From a virus: a DNA stretch of 64,000 nucleotides. Below are positions 60,324 to 64,000 of this stretch, piece by piece. Below the pieces are notes generated by a model. It ran no database searches, was not told the DNA's origin, and saw only the letters and a program-made list of their open reading frames with translations. Made by a program: the position numbers and the translations under genes. Numbering within the stretch: position 1 is the first letter of the stretch; every line of letters starts with the position of its first letter. The DNA lies in IMG/VR virus record IMGVR_UViG_3300043410_001242. One strand, 5' to 3'.

Positions 60324-60900
60324 TTTAGATGAATACTATTACTTCTCTACACCTATCTTTAGAGAAGAGAATTTAGACTTTTTGGAAGATTTAAATAATC
60401 TTTGTGATGAAAAATTGTCTGAATGCCAAGACGATGAAATCTGTAATCATGTCCTTCTTGAACCAGACTCAAGGTTGGATGGATTTTGCACACACTTAAA
60501 TCAGACTGGTTGGGATCTGTTAGTACTCCAGGGTTATGACCTTGACAATTTTGAGACCTATACTGGTGATTTATGGTTACATGAACACAAGAAGAATTCA
60601 TATGTGGATACTCATTCACATGGTTTTGGCGCACAGATATCCGGTTTCTATGTATTAAATTGTGGGGATGATTCACCTAAGATGGTTATTCATGATCCTA
60701 GACCAACTAAGGTACATTCACAACCACCAGAAAAAGATTGTTGTGACTTGACATATGCATCAACAAAGGTCAATTTTACTTTGAGTAAAGGACATATGTT
60801 CTTTATGAATTCTTGGTTGCAACATTCATTTAATATGAATTTTTCTGATACAAGTCTAAGATTCATACACTTTAACTTATACCTACAACCAAAGTCGTAA
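60313..60900 (+). CDS. putative 2OG-Fe(II) oxygenase
   Basis: HSH...SGFY...DPRP...SWLQH...R.IHFN. Confidence 0.7.
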   Translation: MQDNLDEYYYFSTPIFREENLDFLEDLNNLCDEKLSECQDDEICNHVLLEPDSRLDGFCTHLNQTGWDLLVLQGYDLDNFETYTGDLWLHEHKKNSYVDTHSHGFGAQISGFYVLNCGDDSPKMVIHDPRPTKVHSQPPEKDCCDLTYASTKVNFTLSKGHMFFMNSWLQHSFNMNFSDTSLRFIHFNLYLQPKS

Positions 60901-60904
60901 AAAT

Positions 60905-61186
60905 ATGCCAACTTATCAATTCTTAAATAAAGAAACAAATGAGGTTGAAGAATATCTCATGTCTTATACCAAACTTGAGGAGTTTAAGGAACAAAATCCT
61001 CATTTGGAACGATACTTTACACCAGAAAATCTACCAGTTTTCGGTGATGGTATGCGTATGAATGTTCCTGGTATTAGTGGAGGCGATCCTGCGTTTGAGC
61101 ATGGTGTTATTGAAAGGATTAAACAAACTGTTCCGGGTAACAACCTAGGCAACACCCACAAAACAAGAGGTTCAAAGTGGGTATAA
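60905..61186 (+). CDS. FmdB-like small phage protein
   Basis: MPTYQF start; typical position upstream of phoH. Confidence 0.5.
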   Translation: MPTYQFLNKETNEVEEYLMSYTKLEEFKEQNPHLERYFTPENLPVFGDGMRMNVPGISGGDPAFEHGVIERIKQTVPGNNLGNTHKTRGSKWV

Positions 61187-61207
61187 TAACAACCATAAAG
61201 GAACAAT

Positions 61208-61909
61208 ATGGCAACAAAGAAAAGGACCGCGGCCGAAGAAGCACAAAAACAACACTTTTCAATTAGAAACATACAACCATTAACAGAGAATCAAGAGAGA
61301 GCGTTTCAAGCATATTTTAACGGTAAACACATAGCCTTAACTGGTTCAGCAGGAACTGGTAAATCATTTCTTGCAATGTATTTGGCATTAAAGGAAATTA
61401 TTAAAGAAAATGGTCAAGGTTATAATAGGTTAATTATCGTAAGGTCGGCAGTTCCGACAAGAGACTTGGGTTTTGTGCCTGGTACACTAGAAGAAAAGTC
61501 TAAGATATATCAAGATCCTTATAAAAATATAGCTAATGAATTAATTGGGAGAGGCGATGCGTGGCATTTTCTTATTAACAAAGAGATTATCGAATTTCAG
61601 ACAACTTCTTTCTTACGTGGTCTTACTTTCAATGATTGTATCATTATCTTTGATGAGTTTCAGTCTGCTACATTTCATGAAATAGATACTGTACTAACTC
61701 GTATAGGTGAGAATTGCAGATTCATTCTTTGCGGTGACTTTAACCAGAATGATTTGAGTATTAAGAGAGAGAAATCTGGATTTGAAACTGCTTTAAATAT
61801 ATTGAAAAATATGGAAGATGTTGAAGAAATCAGATTTACTATATCTGATGTTGTTAGGTCTGGTTTCGTTAAAAATTATTTACATGAAAAAGAGAGACAA
61901 GGATTATAA
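61208..61909 (+). CDS. phoH: PhoH-family ATPase
   Basis: GSAGTGKS, GFVPGTLEEK, FLRGLTF, DEFQ, TRIGEN, GDFNQND, DVVRSG. Confidence 0.92.
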   Translation: MATKKRTAAEEAQKQHFSIRNIQPLTENQERAFQAYFNGKHIALTGSAGTGKSFLAMYLALKEIIKENGQGYNRLIIVRSAVPTRDLGFVPGTLEEKSKIYQDPYKNIANELIGRGDAWHFLINKEIIEFQTTSFLRGLTFNDCIIIFDEFQSATFHEIDTVLTRIGENCRFILCGDFNQNDLSIKREKSGFETALNILKNMEDVEEIRFTISDVVRSGFVKNYLHEKERQGL

Positions 61910-62085
61910 TATGGAAGAAAAAATGATTAATTTGGAGATTCCGATCTCTGAATTGAATAGACTTTTTGCTGTGCTGGCTGAACAGAAGTCAGTTTATGAA
62001 CAAAAATACACACATGTTAATTCTTTGATTACATTACTTCAAAAACAATCTGTTGCTCAGATTAGTGATATTGCAAACGGCGAAA

Positions 62086-62760
62086 ATGTTTAATTATTGT
62101 CCTCCTATGATTTTGCCTGACCTGGTGTCTGAAACCAGGTCAGATGGCAGCAGAGTCTATGTCACACCTGAAGGAGAAAGTTTCTCCTCCGTCACCACCG
62201 TGGTAGGACACCACAAGAAAAAAGTGATCGCAGAGTGGAGAAACAAGGTAGGTCACGAAACTGCCAACAAAATCTCAGCACAATCATCTAAACGCGGTAC
62301 AGGGGTGCATACACTTTGTGAACGGTATTTAATGAATGAGAAGACCATTGGAAAGGGTGTCATGCCGGATGCCCTTGAAATGTTTAGGTCTATTCAACCA
62401 CATCTCAACAAGATCAATAATATTCACTACCTTGAACAGGCATTATGGTCCAAACAATTACAATTAGCTGGAAGAGTGGATTGTATTGCAGAATATGAAG
62501 GTCTTCTGTCTATTATCGACTTCAAAACTTCTAGAAAAATTAAAACACTAGAACAAATTACAGATTATTTCTGGCAAACTACAGCCTATGCCTTAATGTA
62601 TGAAGAACTGGTAGGTCAACCGATTGATAATCTAGTTATTATCATGGCTGTAGAACACGAACAACCGTTAATCTTTCAACAAAAAACGGAAAAACATATT
62701 GAAGGTTTGGTAAAAGTAATACATGACTACAGAACAGAGACTAACAGAGTTCAAAGATAG
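62086..62760 (+). CDS. Cas4-like PD-(D/E)XK exonuclease
   Basis: SVTTV, RGTGVH, AGRVDCIA, IIDFKTS, Q..AYA.MYEE. Confidence 0.85.
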   Translation: MFNYCPPMILPDLVSETRSDGSRVYVTPEGESFSSVTTVVGHHKKKVIAEWRNKVGHETANKISAQSSKRGTGVHTLCERYLMNEKTIGKGVMPDALEMFRSIQPHLNKINNIHYLEQALWSKQLQLAGRVDCIAEYEGLLSIIDFKTSRKIKTLEQITDYFWQTTAYALMYEELVGQPIDNLVIIMAVEHEQPLIFQQKTEKHIEGLVKVIHDYRTETNRVQR

Positions 62761-62884
62761 AATTGAAATCTGTAGAAAATGTGAACATTTAAATACAGTT
62801 CTTGTTCAATGTAAAGTATGTGGATGTTTTCTCCACGCAAAAGCAAGAATGGAAGGTCAAGACTGTCCCAAAGGAAAATGGGTC

Positions 62885-62913
62885 TTGACAAAAGGAGAGG
62901 AATGATATATAAT
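62885..62913 (+). promoter_or_regulatory. sigma70-type promoter of tmRNA
   Basis: TTGACA-17-TATAAT with TG extension. Confidence 0.85.
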
Positions 62914-62917
62914 ACAA

Positions 62918-63242
62918 GGATTCGTTGATGTTGACAAAATAGGTCACCTTGGACGGGAGTTCGACTCTCCCCACCTCCACCAAAAGCACATTGGGCACCC
63001 TGGTTAACGATAACACCTGAACCCAATCTTAATCATTGTAACAGTGTGCTTCTGATGGGGGTGTATTGGTTTTCGACAGGGGATAGTAAAGGTCAACGGA
63101 GAATCGGCAAAGCTAAAGTCGTTAGGATTGGGAGTTCCCGGTCAAAGAGGCAAATTAAATTAAACGCAAACGATGACGTTTATTCTTACGCACTAGCTGC
63201 TTAAGCGGGGTTTGGGGGTTCCTTGTCAAATAATACCCCCTC
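62918..63242 (+). ncRNA. ssrA: circularly permuted (two-piece) tmRNA
   Basis: T-arm and CACCTCCACCA ending 62982 come before 5' GGGGGTG at 63057 (G3.U70 pair); tag ANDDVYSYALAA* at 63166-63204. Confidence 0.92.
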
Positions 63243-63258
63243 TAATTTTGAGGGTGAC

Positions 63259-63876
63259 ATGAGTTTTTCTGAAGATGGTTTTGAAGTAGTAAGATCCTTC
63301 ATAAATCCACAAACAATGAATCTATTGAAGCACGAATATCATACACTACTGGACTTATTGTTTGAAAATCAAACATATAGTGAACAATCTATCAAGTTTC
63401 CAACAGGAGAAGTACTGACCTGTTTCAATTGGTATTCTCCAGTATTCACTGAATCTCTGTCCAAGTTATTGCAAAATAAAGTAGAAGAAATTGTAGAAAA
63501 GAAATTAGTTCCAACATACAGTATGGTGAGAACCTATAAAACTGGAGATGAATTATATAAACACAGAGACAGGCCGAGTTGTCAATACTCTGTTACTATG
63601 CCAATATTGACATCTATTAATTGGCCTATATACATAACTGATAGAAAAAATGTTAACAGAAAAGTATACCTAAACGAAGGTGATATGCTTGTTTATGATG
63701 GTTTTCTGGAACATTGGAGAGAAAAATATGAAGGTGAAAAACACACACAATGCTTCCTACATTGGGTTGACGTTAATGGAAAATATAAATACCTAAAATA
63801 TGACGGAAGAGCCAATTTAGCTCTACCAATGGTGAAAATAACAGAAGAAAATGAAGCTTTCTTCAACAAACACTAA
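63259..63876 (+). CDS. 2OG-Fe(II) oxygenase
   Basis: PTYS..R.Y..GD.L.KHRDRPSC.YS, EHWRE, Q.FLHWV. Confidence 0.8.
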   Translation: MSFSEDGFEVVRSFINPQTMNLLKHEYHTLLDLLFENQTYSEQSIKFPTGEVLTCFNWYSPVFTESLSKLLQNKVEEIVEKKLVPTYSMVRTYKTGDELYKHRDRPSCQYSVTMPILTSINWPIYITDRKNVNRKVYLNEGDMLVYDGFLEHWREKYEGEKHTQCFLHWVDVNGKYKYLKYDGRANLALPMVKITEENEAFFNKH

Positions 63877-64000
63877 TCAGCAGGTAACAAATCACATTAG
63901 ATTATGCAATTTTGATTCAAACGGGATCTTACAAATCCCATTCCTAAAACACTCCAAAATATAAAAAGCGAAAAAGTCTATTCGTAACTGGAGACCAAGA

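Noticed and set aside
285-61272. Most short minus-strand and nested ORFs in the track
   Set aside because: They overlap well-supported + strand genes and lack RBS or motifs; only the three GIY-YIG genes are credible on the - strand.
62952-62982. Possible tRNA (T-arm plus CCA)
   Set aside because: No D or anticodon arm upstream; the pairing 5' strand lies downstream at 63057, so it belongs to the permuted tmRNA.
62751-63026. Minus-strand ORFs 62751..63026 and 62789..63016
   Set aside because: Antisense shadows of the tmRNA acceptor piece; no RBS or family motif.

Overview
A 64-kb segment of a large AT-rich T4-like phage that most likely infects a gammaproteobacterial (Methylococcus-type) methanotroph. 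Almost all genes are on the + strand. (1) 0.1-17.6 kb: lysis cassette (GH19 endolysin, spanins, holin candidate), primase, ThyX, MazG-like enzyme, NrdA/NrdB, RNase H, VWA/peptidase and an orphan MqsA-like Zn domain. (2) 17.8-48.5 kb: an early/hypervariable region of many small ORFs, divided into modules by 13 copies of a distinctive promoter cassette (phased TGTTTC boxes, mostly 16-bp spacer, often an upstream IHF-consensus site). (3) 48.5-64 kb: AAA ATPases, a methanotrophy island (pmoC, DUF2490-like barrel, and a 23-aa PqqA missed by the ORF track), GalE-like, DenV-like, PhoH, Cas4-like exonuclease, 2OG-Fe(II) oxygenases and a circularly permuted two-piece tmRNA. Most notable signals: phage PqqA beside pmoC; six NrdR-box-like sites at 31-33 bp pair spacing far from any nrd gene (possible repressor decoy); a covarying leader RNA and insulator shared by three GIY-YIG endonuclease cassettes; and host-regulator-like sites (Pho-box-like, CsrA-like) around the methanotrophy genes. 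All family calls come from motif recognition by eye; no searches were run.
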